64,000 bases of DNA from an uncultured Poribacteria bacterium (GTDB taxonomy: Bacteria > Poribacteria > WGA-4E > WGA-3G): positions 1,888,001 to 1,952,000 of the forward strand of contig OX638351.1 in the NCBI GenBank assembly GCA_951813565.1. Reading direction: 5' to 3'. The translations under genes were made by a program, and so were the position numbers. Shown in pieces: positions 1-10,300 of this stretch. The notes beneath the pieces are model-generated. The model made no database searches. It saw only the letters and a program-made list of their open reading frames with translations, and was not told the origin of the DNA. How positions within the stretch are numbered: position 1 is the first letter of the stretch; each line of letters starts with the position of its first letter.

Positions 1-597
1 TTGACAAATTACGGAAAAATAACAACATTAGTCCATAATGCAGCACACTCATACACTAAAAAAGCAATCGAATTCACGTCTGAAGAATGGAACGAAAGCC
101 TTGGTGTGACGCTTGGCGGTCCGTGGCTTGGGGCAAAGTATTGTATTCCTGAAATGATTAGAAACGGAGGCGGCACCTTAGTCTTCATTTCAACCGTTAA
201 TGCCACGATTACAAACCCAGGTTTCGGTCTTTACGGTGCTGGCAAAGGCGGACTAAACGCATTAACACGCAGCATCGCGCTTGATTACGGCAGGGAAGGC
301 ATCCGCGCGAATGCTATTGCACCTGGGCAAATTGTTGGCGAACGCGGTGAAGCATCGCTTGCAGCGGATACGTTAGAGGAACAAGCTTCGCGTGATTGCT
401 ATCCTATAGGACGTTACGGCAAACCTGAAGACATCGCAAATGTAGCACTCTTTTTAGCATCTGATGAAGCGGATTTCGTTACAGGCATCGTGTTGACAGC
501 AGACGGAGGCTTAACACTCCAATCACCAGAAGCACTTGTGCGTCCCTCTTTCCGTCTCCGCTGGAGAGACGATATTCTGGTGCCGCAATCAAAATAG
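1..597 (+). CDS. SDR family oxidoreductase (5' end outside window)
   Basis: YxxxK catalytic motif (YGAGK), GIRANAIAPG, and C-terminal FLASDEADFVTG..ADGG typical of classical SDRs; the N-terminal GxxxGxG is not in the window. Confidence 0.9.
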   Translation: MTNYGKITTLVHNAAHSYTKKAIEFTSEEWNESLGVTLGGPWLGAKYCIPEMIRNGGGTLVFISTVNATITNPGFGLYGAGKGGLNALTRSIALDYGREGIRANAIAPGQIVGERGEASLAADTLEEQASRDCYPIGRYGKPEDIANVALFLASDEADFVTGIVLTADGGLTLQSPEALVRPSFRLRWRDDILVPQSK

Positions 598-729
598 GAT
601 TTATTAGTTGAATCCATGCATTCTTCAGCGGACACTTGCAACAAACATAGAGATAGGTCTCCGTACTAACAGGTTTCCTTAATCAAATTGAGACAAAATA
701 CTAACCATTTGTCATTAAAGGAGATAAAA

Positions 730-1473
730 ATGTGTGGACGATTTACCTTCACAAGCGACCCTATACTATTAAGGCAACTTTTTTTTGGCTGTAAAATACC
801 AACAAATATTTCTCCCCGGTACAATATCACACCAACACAGGATGTGGCTGTGATTGCCAACACACAGAATGATGGCGAATCTGACGGAAATGCAAAAAAA
901 GTTGAATTCTTCCACTGGGGACTTATCCCCTCTTGGGCAAAAGACGCCAAAATCGGAAGCAGGATGATAAATGCACGTTCAGAAACGCTAACAGAAAAAC
1001 CTTCTTTCCGAAGTGCCTACAAACGTAGACGATGTCTCATTTTGGCGGATGGTTACTATGAATGGCAGAAGGTCCTCGGCACTAAACTCAAACAACCAGT
1101 CTACATCCGTCTCAAATCGCAAAATCCGTTTGCATTCGCGGGGTTATGGGAGGAATGGCAGGCAAATTGGATGGAAAAACCGCTCCGATCCTGCACTATC
1201 ATTACATGCCCGCCGAACCCATTCTTGGAGGAAATCCACCACAGAATGCCTGTAATTTTGCCACAAGACCGTTATGCGCAATGGCTCGCCCCTGATGAAC
1301 AATCATCAGAGACGCTGCAACCACTTCTCGCCCCTTACTCGGGTGAAGAGATGGAGGCATATCCGGTGTCAAGACTCGTTAATCGTCCGATAAATGACTC
1401 TCCAGAATGTATTGCACCAGTATCGGATGGAAACGGTAGTAGCGAGCAGAAATTAGTAGGAAGTTTATTTTAA
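730..1473 (+). CDS. SOS response-associated peptidase (SRAP/YedK/HMCES family)
   Basis: Starts MCGRF (catalytic Cys2) after a GGAG RBS; RYNITPTQ, WGLIP, INARSET, RCLILADGYYEW, IHHRMPVIL motifs. Confidence 0.93.
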   Translation: MCGRFTFTSDPILLRQLFFGCKIPTNISPRYNITPTQDVAVIANTQNDGESDGNAKKVEFFHWGLIPSWAKDAKIGSRMINARSETLTEKPSFRSAYKRRRCLILADGYYEWQKVLGTKLKQPVYIRLKSQNPFAFAGLWEEWQANWMEKPLRSCTIITCPPNPFLEEIHHRMPVILPQDRYAQWLAPDEQSSETLQPLLAPYSGEEMEAYPVSRLVNRPINDSPECIAPVSDGNGSSEQKLVGSLF

Positions 1474-1519
1474 TTTTCTGACGAATTTTGGGAAAACATT
1501 ATTTTATTAGGAAGGATTT

Positions 1520-2503
1520 ATGTCGAAACCAACCAAAGAGCAGATGCTTTTTATGTATCGCAAAATGGTAGAAATCCGTCAATTTGAGGAAGCCGCCGGC
1601 ACGCTTTATCAGAGCGGTCAACTTCCCGGCTTTCTGCACCTCTATATTGGTGAAGAAGCTACAGCAGTAGGCGTCTGTGCACACTTAAAAGATGAAGATT
1701 ACATCACCAGTACGCATCGTGGTCACGGACATCTCATCGCGAAGGGTGGTAAACGCGACCGCATGATGGCAGAATTATTTGCCCGCACAACCGGCTACTG
1801 TAAAGGCAAAGGCGGTTCAATGCACATTGCCGACAAAGAGACAGGTATTCTCGGTGCAAACGGTGTTGTCGGCGCAGGTATTCCACTTGCAGCAGGTGCT
1901 GCACTCTCTGCAAAGTACCGTGGTACGCAACAGATCGCTGTATCTTTCTTCGGCGATGGCGCCACAAATCAGGGCGTCTTCCATGAAACGCTCAATCTCG
2001 CTGCAGTGTGGGAGCTGCCGGTTGTTTTTGTCTGTGAAAACAACCGATTCGGGATGGGAACGCCACAACATGAACATCAACGGGTAGAGGATATTGCTGT
2101 CCGTGCCCCCGCCTACGATATACCAGGACTTACCGTTGATGGAAACGATGTTCTGAAGGTTTATGCTGCAGCAGACGAAGCCGTTAAACGCGCACGCGAA
2201 GGTAGCGGTCCTACGCTCCTTAATTGTGATACCTACCGCTTCAAGGGGCATCACATCGGAGATCCAGGCACCTCTTACCGCGATCGCGAAGAGGTTCAAG
2301 AGCAGGAACGCCAACGCGATCCTATCCGAAGACTCGCCCAAGTTCTCACTGAAGAGAAAAGTGTAACACAAGAAGAACTTGAGGCACTTGAGGCAGAACT
2401 CGCAAATGAACTTGAGAAAGCGTTAGAGTTTGCAAAAAACAGTCCCGAACCACTTCCTGAAGATGCTTTAGATGACGTTTATGCAGGCTCCATTCAACCG
2501 TGA
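1520..2503 (+). CDS. TPP-dependent dehydrogenase E1 alpha subunit (pyruvate/acetoin dehydrogenase type)
   Basis: GFLHLYIGEEA, STHRGHGH, GKGGSMH, GDGA...ENN TPP motif, TYRFKGH; no beta subunit adjacent. Confidence 0.92.
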   Translation: MSKPTKEQMLFMYRKMVEIRQFEEAAGTLYQSGQLPGFLHLYIGEEATAVGVCAHLKDEDYITSTHRGHGHLIAKGGKRDRMMAELFARTTGYCKGKGGSMHIADKETGILGANGVVGAGIPLAAGAALSAKYRGTQQIAVSFFGDGATNQGVFHETLNLAAVWELPVVFVCENNRFGMGTPQHEHQRVEDIAVRAPAYDIPGLTVDGNDVLKVYAAADEAVKRAREGSGPTLLNCDTYRFKGHHIGDPGTSYRDREEVQEQERQRDPIRRLAQVLTEEKSVTQEELEALEAELANELEKALEFAKNSPEPLPEDALDDVYAGSIQP

Positions 2504-2521
2504 TTAGCAAATCCCAGAAAT

Positions 2522-2548
2522 GTAGGAGCGATTTAAAATCGCTCCTAC
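2522..2548. repeat. GTAG-type REP-like palindrome, possible terminator after the E1 alpha gene
   Basis: GTAGGAGCGATTTAAAATCGCTCCTAC is a near-perfect inverted repeat. Confidence 0.7.
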
Positions 2549-2593
2549 CGCAGCGTATCAATAATTATGTGGTGAAAACACGGAGATTTTAAA

Positions 2594-3530
2594 GTGTCCA
2601 ACACAACTACAGCGACAGAGATGTCACCATCCGAACTCGCGGAATGCAGAGAAAACCTCAAACGCCAGTGGGAAAATCGGCAGGTTGACGAGGAGTTGCT
2701 TCAACGCGCGTGGGGAGGCTGCACATCGCGTTGCTACAGTGCTATATCAAGATTATGGTGCGTCAAAAGTTGCTGTGTTCGGTTCACTCACTGAACGGGA
2801 ATGGTTCACTGAAAACTCCGATATTGATATAGTTGTCTGGGGTATTTCATATAACAAATGTCTTGATGCGCTTTGGAATACAGAAGGCTTAAGTTCTGAG
2901 TTTAAGATTGACCTTATCAATTTTAAAACCTTAGATAAATTATTTCATGTGCGGGTTCTAAATCAAGCAATTCTAATTGATAAGGAAGAACTGGACGCTC
3001 CAAAATTGATGGAAAAGACGAATACCACAACGGAGACGCAAACAGGAGAAATTTACAAAGTGAATCGTGACAAACTAATTCAACGTATCTCCGATGAGCG
3101 CACAAAAATAGAAGGAACTGTTAAAAGAATTGAGAGGGCTTTGGAAAAAATTGATGTGCTTCCAATTGATTCAAGAGAATTCATTGAGAGGGCACTCTCC
3201 GCTGACCTTGCCGAAGTCTACACAGGTTTTGAAAAAACCTGTGAACGGATTGCGAATGAAGTTGATAGGCACTTGCCGAGTGGGAGTCGGTGGCATAACA
3301 ATTTGCTTTTACAGATGACTGAGCGACGTTCTGAACGTCCACCTGTGATTTCTGACATCACCCAGCGAAGATTGAAGCGCCTCTTAAGGTTTCGTCATAA
3401 AGTAAACAATATCTACGGTGATGAATTGATTTACGGAAAAGCGGAGAAACACGCAAAACGAGTCGGTAAACTTTTCAAAAATATCTCTGAAGAACTGGAT
3501 GCTTTCGCCGCTTTTTTGCGCGAGACATAA
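2594..3530 (+). pseudogene. Nucleotidyltransferase (MNT)-HEPN fusion, split by a +1 frameshift near the 5' end
   Basis: 2594 frame reads ..EELLQRAW and the 2685 frame continues EAAHRVATVL..; removing one G from GGGG (2712-2715) joins them. MNT motif FGSL...SDIDIVV; HEPN-like C-half (YTGFE..RIA, WHNNLL, RFRHKVNNIYG). Confidence 0.75.
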
Positions 3531-3620
3531 TACCAAATTAACGAGAATTGTATTTTTTTCATTGCCGATGGTAAGGGCGGGCACAGAGACCCGCCCCTAC
3601 GATTTAGGGTAATTTGGTAT
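3530..3620. mobile_element. MITE-like element, TIR ATACCAAATTA...TAATTTGGTAT, carrying a REP hairpin
   Basis: Same TIRs at 61089-61181; internal GGGCGGGCACAGAGACCCGCCCCTAC hairpin recurs (one base different) near 58579. Confidence 0.65.
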
Positions 3621-3628
3621 AAGGCAAC

Positions 3629-5572
3629 ATGAAAGAAGATGAACGCCTAAAATTACATGGAGTTACATGGAAATCTGTCGTCATTACGCTTGTGTTGATT
3701 CCGTTTAATTTCTACTGGATCATCGCAGGTGAAGTTGGTCTTGTCGGCTATGCGTTAAATACTTACGCTGTCCCGTTTTACAATGTCGTCTTTGTTGTTT
3801 TCACATTCACCGTAATCAATCTTGCCGTTCAATACACGTCCCGTATCCGTTTACTTACCGATGCTGAACTTCTGACCATCTATATTCTGCTCAGCACTGC
3901 ATGCGCCTTCCCCTCCATAACCTTAATGACGATCCTCGTCACGACCGTCGGACATGCATTCTGGTTCGCGACTCCCGAAAACGAATGGAAACAACTCTTC
4001 TGGGATTATCTTCCGAGACGGCTTCTTGTAGATGACTCAAAAGCACTCACAGGGTACTATACTGGTGCTTCCAACCTCTCAACACTGGAGATTATTAGCG
4101 CGTGGATTGTGCCAATCTTATCTTGGACACTATTCATAACAGCGTTAATCCTCGTGATGCTGTGTATCAACGTCATCTTGCGCAAACAGTGGGTAGAACG
4201 AGAACGACTCGCATATCCTATTACACAGATTGCGTTTCATGTTACGCATAACACAAAATCGTTGTTCTCGCACCGCATCATGTGGATTGGCTTCGGAATT
4301 GCCGCATCCATTGCAATTCTTAACGGATTCAGTTTTCTGTATCCGACAATTCCTTCCCTACCGATAAAGCGTATCGGTGGGTGGCGTGGATTTGGACATC
4401 TGTTCACAGAAAAGCCGTGGAATGCCATCGGTGGTATTAGCATGTCCTACTATCCGTTTGTTATCGGACTTGGACTCTTGATGCCGCTTGATCTTTCGTT
4501 CTCCAGTTGGTTTTTCTTCTTTTTTTATAAGGCGCAATTAGTATTCTCAAGTGCTGTTGGACTGTCCAGCCTCCCCGGATTTCCATATATTGATAGGCAG
4601 TGTTTTGGTGCTGCCATAGGGATTTTCATCTCCGTGTTGGTGCTGAACGGACGTCATTTTCGGGGTGTATTCCGCATTGCGCGGCATCGCACAGGTGAGG
4701 ATTCTGCTGAACCGATTCCGTATAGATTTGCACTGTGGGGTATTGTTGGTGGACTTGCCATACTTTTTATTTTTTCTAAACGGATTGGCATGTCGCTATG
4801 GCTCATACCGTTGTTTTTTGCCATCTATTTCATTATCGTATTAGTGTTAACACGGATGCGTGCAGAACAAGGATTTCCCGTGCATGCGATGGAAAACATG
4901 CCGAATCATCATATCCTCATTGATAGCTTCGGCACGCGGACGTTAGGCACAAATAACCTTGTCGCCATGACGCTTTTCCGTTGGTTCAATCGGAGTTATA
5001 CAAGCAACCCAATGCCACACCAGTTAGAAGGCTTTAAACTATTGGAACGTTCCAACATTGGACCGAGGCGGTTGTTTTTCGCGCTACTTGGCGTTTCGGC
5101 TTTTGCCTCAATCATGGTATTCGGTGTTATTCTCTATCTCTACTACACGTATGGTGCTTTGAACATGAGTGGGAGCAGCAGTTGGAACATAGGTTTCGGT
5201 GAACGTGTTTTTGGCGGTCTTCAACGTTGGCTTTATTATCCTACCGAACCGAATTTCTATGCCACAGGCGGTATTGTTTTCGGTCTATTCTTTTCGACGT
5301 GTCTGATGTTTATGCGGGCGCGTTTCTTTTGGTGGCCCTTCCATCCGATCGGGTTTGTCGTCTCCAGTGATTGGGGAATGCGGTATTTGTGGAGTTGTAT
5401 GCTGGTAAGCTCAATCGTGAAATGGTCAGTTTTGAAAATCGGTGGTCCGCGAGCATCTCAACAACTGGTGATGTTTGCTGTTGGGTTGATGTTAGGTGAT
5501 TTCACTGTCGGCGGGATATGGAGTCTGATTAGCGTCATAACACAGCAACCGATGTATAACTTTTGGCCATAA
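3629..5572 (+). CDS. Multi-pass membrane protein, DUF6785/DUF6784-like (putative peptide transporter)
   Basis: Many hydrophobic helices; LRKQWVERERLAYPI, RMRAEQG, WWPFHPIGF motifs recalled for this family. Confidence 0.7.
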   Translation: MKEDERLKLHGVTWKSVVITLVLIPFNFYWIIAGEVGLVGYALNTYAVPFYNVVFVVFTFTVINLAVQYTSRIRLLTDAELLTIYILLSTACAFPSITLMTILVTTVGHAFWFATPENEWKQLFWDYLPRRLLVDDSKALTGYYTGASNLSTLEIISAWIVPILSWTLFITALILVMLCINVILRKQWVERERLAYPITQIAFHVTHNTKSLFSHRIMWIGFGIAASIAILNGFSFLYPTIPSLPIKRIGGWRGFGHLFTEKPWNAIGGISMSYYPFVIGLGLLMPLDLSFSSWFFFFFYKAQLVFSSAVGLSSLPGFPYIDRQCFGAAIGIFISVLVLNGRHFRGVFRIARHRTGEDSAEPIPYRFALWGIVGGLAILFIFSKRIGMSLWLIPLFFAIYFIIVLVLTRMRAEQGFPVHAMENMPNHHILIDSFGTRTLGTNNLVAMTLFRWFNRSYTSNPMPHQLEGFKLLERSNIGPRRLFFALLGVSAFASIMVFGVILYLYYTYGALNMSGSSSWNIGFGERVFGGLQRWLYYPTEPNFYATGGIVFGLFFSTCLMFMRARFFWWPFHPIGFVVSSDWGMRYLWSCMLVSSIVKWSVLKIGGPRASQQLVMFAVGLMLGDFTVGGIWSLISVITQQPMYNFWP

Positions 5573-5730
5573 GATATCTCTGTGTCTGAACACACTATTG
5601 TTGAATTATACGAAATCATTCAATCCCCAAGTTTCCCAAACCTCTGAGCAAAAGTTCTTGTGGGAGGGAAACCTTGTCCGCCCGATTTATGTGCGCAGAA
5701 GATAAATGCCGTACTAATAAAGTCCATCGC

Positions 5731-5759
5731 TTGACACACACTCATTTTTGCGTTAAAAT
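5731..5759 (+). promoter_or_regulatory. Sigma70-type promoter for fumC
   Basis: TTGACA-17 nt-TAAAAT. Confidence 0.7.
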
Positions 5760-5849
5760 TGAATTCGCTAAACAGAACGGACGGAACTTTACGCAATCAA
5801 AAAAGATAATTCCAGTCAACATAAACACAACTATTAAAAAAAGAGGAAT

Positions 5850-7244
5850 TTGATGAAAACACGGATAGAAAAAGATAGTTTAGGCGATGTAGAGGTGCCT
5901 GAGGATGCATATTGGGGTGCACAGACACAGCGCGCATACATTAATTTTGACATCGGAGATGAACGTTTTCCACCGACCTTCATTCGCGCGCTTGCTATTA
6001 TTAAGCATGCAGCTGCTACCGTCAATGTTGAACTCGGTGGGATTACCTCAGAAATCGCTGACCTTATCTGTCGTGCTGCGGATGAAGTCGCTGATGGCAA
6101 CCTCACTGACCAGTTCCCGCTTCGGATTTGGCAAACAGGCAGCGGAACACAAACACACATGAATATTAACGAAGTTATCGCAAACCGTGCGAATGAACTG
6201 ACGGGCGGAAATCGTGGAGCGAAATCTCCTGTGCATCCGAATGACCATGTGAACCGTTCGCAATCAACAAATGATGTTTTCCCGACTGCTATCCACATAG
6301 CGGTTGTTACGCAGTGTGTTGAACGTTTGTTGCCTGCAGCGGCAGCGTTACAAGGTGCATTAGAAGATAAAGTACAAGAATTTTCGGGGATTGTAAAAAC
6401 AGGACGGACGCATCTGATGGACGCGACACCATTAACATTAGGACAGGTATTCAGTGGGTATGTGCAGCAGATAGCACACGCGCAGGAAGCGATTAGGGAT
6501 ACGTTACCCCATCTTTATGAACTCCCTATTGGAGGCACGGCAGTCGGAACAGGATTGAATACACAACCTGATTATGCGGACGCGGTAGCATCTCGTATTG
6601 CTGAACGCACGGGACATCCATTTGTGAGCGCACCGAATAAGTTCGAAGCGTTGGGAAGTAGAGACGCACTCGTATCAGCAAGTGGTGCTATGAAACGGTT
6701 TGCTTGCGCCTTGTATAAAATTGCCAACGATATTCGTTGGTTAGGTAGCGGTCCCCGATGCGGTATCGGTGAATTGATTCTGCCAGAGAACGAACCGGGA
6801 AGCTCTATCATGCCCGGCAAAGTCAATCCGACTCAGTGTGAGGCAATGACGATGGTTTGCGCACAGGTGATTGGCAATGATACAACAATCTCACTCGCTG
6901 GTAGTGCAGGCAATTTTGAATTGAACGTATTTATGCCTGTAATCGCTTTCAATAGTCTACAATCGATTCGGTTGTTATCGGATGCGTGTGATGCGTTCCG
7001 TCAGCATTGCGTTGTTGGAATTGAAGCAAATTTATCAGTAATTGCTGGCTATCTGGAAGCATCTTTGATGTTGGTAACGGCGTTGACGCCACGGATAGGG
7101 TACGATGCGGCGGCAAAACTTGCACAGAAGGCACATCGGGAAGGGTCCACACTCCGCGAAGTAGCAGTTAAAGAAGGTGTGTTAACAGCAGAAGAGTTTG
7201 ATGCGCTTGTTGTGCCGAGTGAAATGGTCACGCCAAATTTATAG
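5850..7244 (+). CDS. fumC: Fumarate hydratase class II
   Basis: [45 protein letters not shown] signature. Confidence 0.97.
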   Translation: MMKTRIEKDSLGDVEVPEDAYWGAQTQRAYINFDIGDERFPPTFIRALAIIKHAAATVNVELGGITSEIADLICRAADEVADGNLTDQFPLRIWQTGSGTQTHMNINEVIANRANELTGGNRGAKSPVHPNDHVNRSQSTNDVFPTAIHIAVVTQCVERLLPAAAALQGALEDKVQEFSGIVKTGRTHLMDATPLTLGQVFSGYVQQIAHAQEAIRDTLPHLYELPIGGTAVGTGLNTQPDYADAVASRIAERTGHPFVSAPNKFEALGSRDALVSASGAMKRFACALYKIANDIRWLGSGPRCGIGELILPENEPGSSIMPGKVNPTQCEAMTMVCAQVIGNDTTISLAGSAGNFELNVFMPVIAFNSLQSIRLLSDACDAFRQHCVVGIEANLSVIAGYLEASLMLVTALTPRIGYDAAAKLAQKAHREGSTLREVAVKEGVLTAEEFDALVVPSEMVTPNL

Positions 7245-7387
7245 CAAAACCAATGATTATTTATAGACTGCGAATCGTGTTTATGCAGGCTGGTAGATGC
7301 GGTGAATCAACGCCTCATGCACGTATGGCATTCGGCGGGAAAACGCATCTACCAGAGAAGTGTTCACATATTTTAGGTTTTACAATA
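7240..7387. mobile_element. Degenerate MITE of the TATAGTRAAAT family, filling the fumC/rpoC convergent gap
   Basis: Ends TATAGCAAAACC..ATTATTT and AGGTTTTACAATA; interior is an inverted homolog of 35904-36000; left end overlaps the fumC TAG. Confidence 0.6.
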
Positions 7388-7398
7388 AACAACTAAAG

Positions 7399-10300
7399 TT
7401 ATTCCTCAACCGTGTCAGCAATCGGTTCAGGCTCAGAAACCGGTTCAGGTAATTCTTCAGGTTCCGGATTATCGATTGCGTCGCGTGACACTTCAAGTTC
7501 ATGCCACTCAGAGAATCCTGTCCCAGCGGGGATGAGGCGTCCGAGGATAACGTTTTCCTTTAGACCTGTAAGCAGGTCTGTTTGTCCTTCAACAGCGGCA
7601 TCTGTGAGAACCTTGGGTGTCTGTTGGAAACTCGCTGCAGAAATGAAACTATCCGTGCTAAGTGATGCTTTACTGATACTCTGCAAGACAGGTTCACCTG
7701 TTGCGGGGGTACCGCCTTCTTGTTCGACACGTCTGTTTTCGGCGTGGAACTTGTGTCGACTGACTTCATCGTTCGCGTAGAACTTTGTGTCCCCGACAGA
7801 TAGGATGCGTATCTTTTGAAGCATCTGTCGCACAATAACTTCCACGTGCTTATCGTTAATGCTGTCAGTCGGATAGACTGCCTGAACCTCATCCACAAGG
7901 TATGCCCAAAGTGCTTCTTCACCTTCCAGAGAATGTCCATTAAGGGTAGTTCTACCAATGGTAAGAATGTCATGTGGGTTGAGGTATCCGTCCGTCAGAG
8001 GTTCTCCTGCTTTGACCCAGTCACCATCATCAACACGGCGTTTCTCGTCGGGAATAGAATATAGACGACTTTTAGTAGCCCCATCTACGATGCGGTATTG
8101 GGGTACTCCAGCTTTCTGCCCGGTGAGTTGCACATGCCCATCAATTTCAGCAATTTCAGCAGCATCTTCGCGTTTTGGACGCCGTGCTTCAAAAAGTTCC
8201 GTCACACGCGGAATCCCAGCAACAATGTCAAGGTTGGTAGTTTTTTCTTGCAATTCTGCCAACGAATGTTGTGCTTTGACACGTTGTCCATCCTTAACAG
8301 AAACTGAGTAACCAGCGGGAATAAGGTGCGACACACTCCCGCCCCCTGGGATATCAATATCGACTCGGAAGGTTTCGATTAAGCCATCCACATCAACGCC
8401 AGCATATTGTTCAAGCGCGGTGGCATATTCCCAATCTTTCAACTCTTGATCGACATTAAGCGTACAGTTCGGATGCGTTACCTTGGTCACTCGATAGGTA
8501 TTCTTTGAAGTAGAAGCCGATTCTTTTTTATAGTTAGCATCACTGAGAATATCACCTACAGCAACCTCAGCATCAGGCGCGGTAACACCCGTTACCTTAA
8601 AGACACGTTCAGTATCAAAGCCTTTGTAAAGTCGTTGGGCACGTTTATACTCAGTCTCGTCAATCTGTTGTCCAGCAGTAAACGGGCAATCATCATGATG
8701 AACAGCAAGGACGTGATACATCAGCTTTACATCAGGCAGTGGCGTATCCGTGTCTCGATGTTGTTTCACAAGTGCTTTGTAGTCCGATTCTGTCATAGTT
8801 TCTTTATCTTCATCCCCTTCAGGGGCATGTAGATAAAGTTTCTCAAAGTCGAACCCCTTATAATTTCGCCGGTATCGATTAGACTCAGATTGCGTGATAA
8901 GTTCACCAACAGCAACGGGAAAGTCAGCGTGGTGTGAGGCTGCAACGCGGTAGAGTCGTTCAACCTCAAACGCTCCTTCATTCTTAGTGACATCAACCTC
9001 AAAACCTGGATATGCCTTCAACACTGCTTTTTTCTCATTTTCGGTGAGCAGTGTTTCAGGTTCCAACTTACAATCGGGATGATGCACAGCAGTAATACGG
9101 TATTTGAGTCGTTCGGCAGTAAACCCGCTGAATTTATTCCGAAGTGCCTCTAATTTATCGGCTTCAATTAGTTCGTCAGGTTTTAGCGGGCATTCCGGGT
9201 GCATTACGTGTTTAACTCGATACAACTCCGCTGATGGGCGTTGCACTTCAAATGCTTTATACGTTTCCTGTGCACGTCGGAATTCTACAGCACTCAATTC
9301 TTGATCCACAGCTAAATCAATACCGTCACTGACCTCTGTTAAGGTATACACCGGTTCATCAAGTTCCAAGTGGTACTGGCTCTCTTCTTCCGGCGAGAGT
9401 AGTTTTCCTTCCTTAAACGGACAACTCGGATGTGTAACCTTCTGAATTTGATACATCATTTCGGCTTTCACACTGTCCTGCTTTCGTAAATATTCACTTT
9501 CGGTAAGGATCGTCCCTTTTTTCGTTTGGTACACCCATTCACCATCAAACGGGCGGATCTCAGAACGCCATGTTTCCGCCTCGCTTTCTGTCAGCAATGT
9601 GCCTTCCTTCAGTGAAGTATCCGCATGTTTTACACTTTTCACACGATAGTGTGGTTCAGAGCATCGGAACGGTGAGAATTTGTGAAAACAGATATTATAT
9701 TCCTGTTCCGTTAGATATTGCCCCTCTTGCAATGAAAAGCCTGATTCAGTGTTCGCTTCAATGATATCTGGACGTTTAACTCCAATAACTTGACAGGCGA
9801 TAGGTTCAACCTCAAACCCAGGAAAACGTTCACGGTTTTCCTCATGCTGTTTCTCGGTGAGGAGTTCATCCGGTTGCAGTTTGCATTCAGGGTGTTCTAC
9901 GGTTTTAACCTTATATTTTGGTTGATCGAGGTGTTCCGCGACCTGTTGAACTATCCATAATCCGCTTTCTTCACGAACGGTACGTCCCGGAATGAAATCA
10001 CGAAACCGCACTTTCCCGGTAGCCTTCGCCAGAATCTTACGTGCGAGTCGTTCACTCATATCTTCAACCACACCGCCTGTATGGAAAGTACGCATTGTCA
10101 ACTGCGTCCCAGGTTCGCCGATAGATTGCGCTGCGATGATGCCGATAGCCTCTCCAACATTGGCAAGTTGTCCCGATGTTAAATCAGCGCCATAGCAGGT
10201 CGCACAGGTGCCTTTATCGGCCTCGCAGGTAAGTATAGATCTGACACGAACGCTGGGAACCTCAGCATCCTCAATAATTTGTGCTATCTGTGGTGTAATC

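Noticed and set aside
8240..10070. Intein in RpoC
   Set aside because: No C/S start, HN-C/S/T end or LAGLIDADG motifs; the insert is repeat-structured with SBHM-like borders
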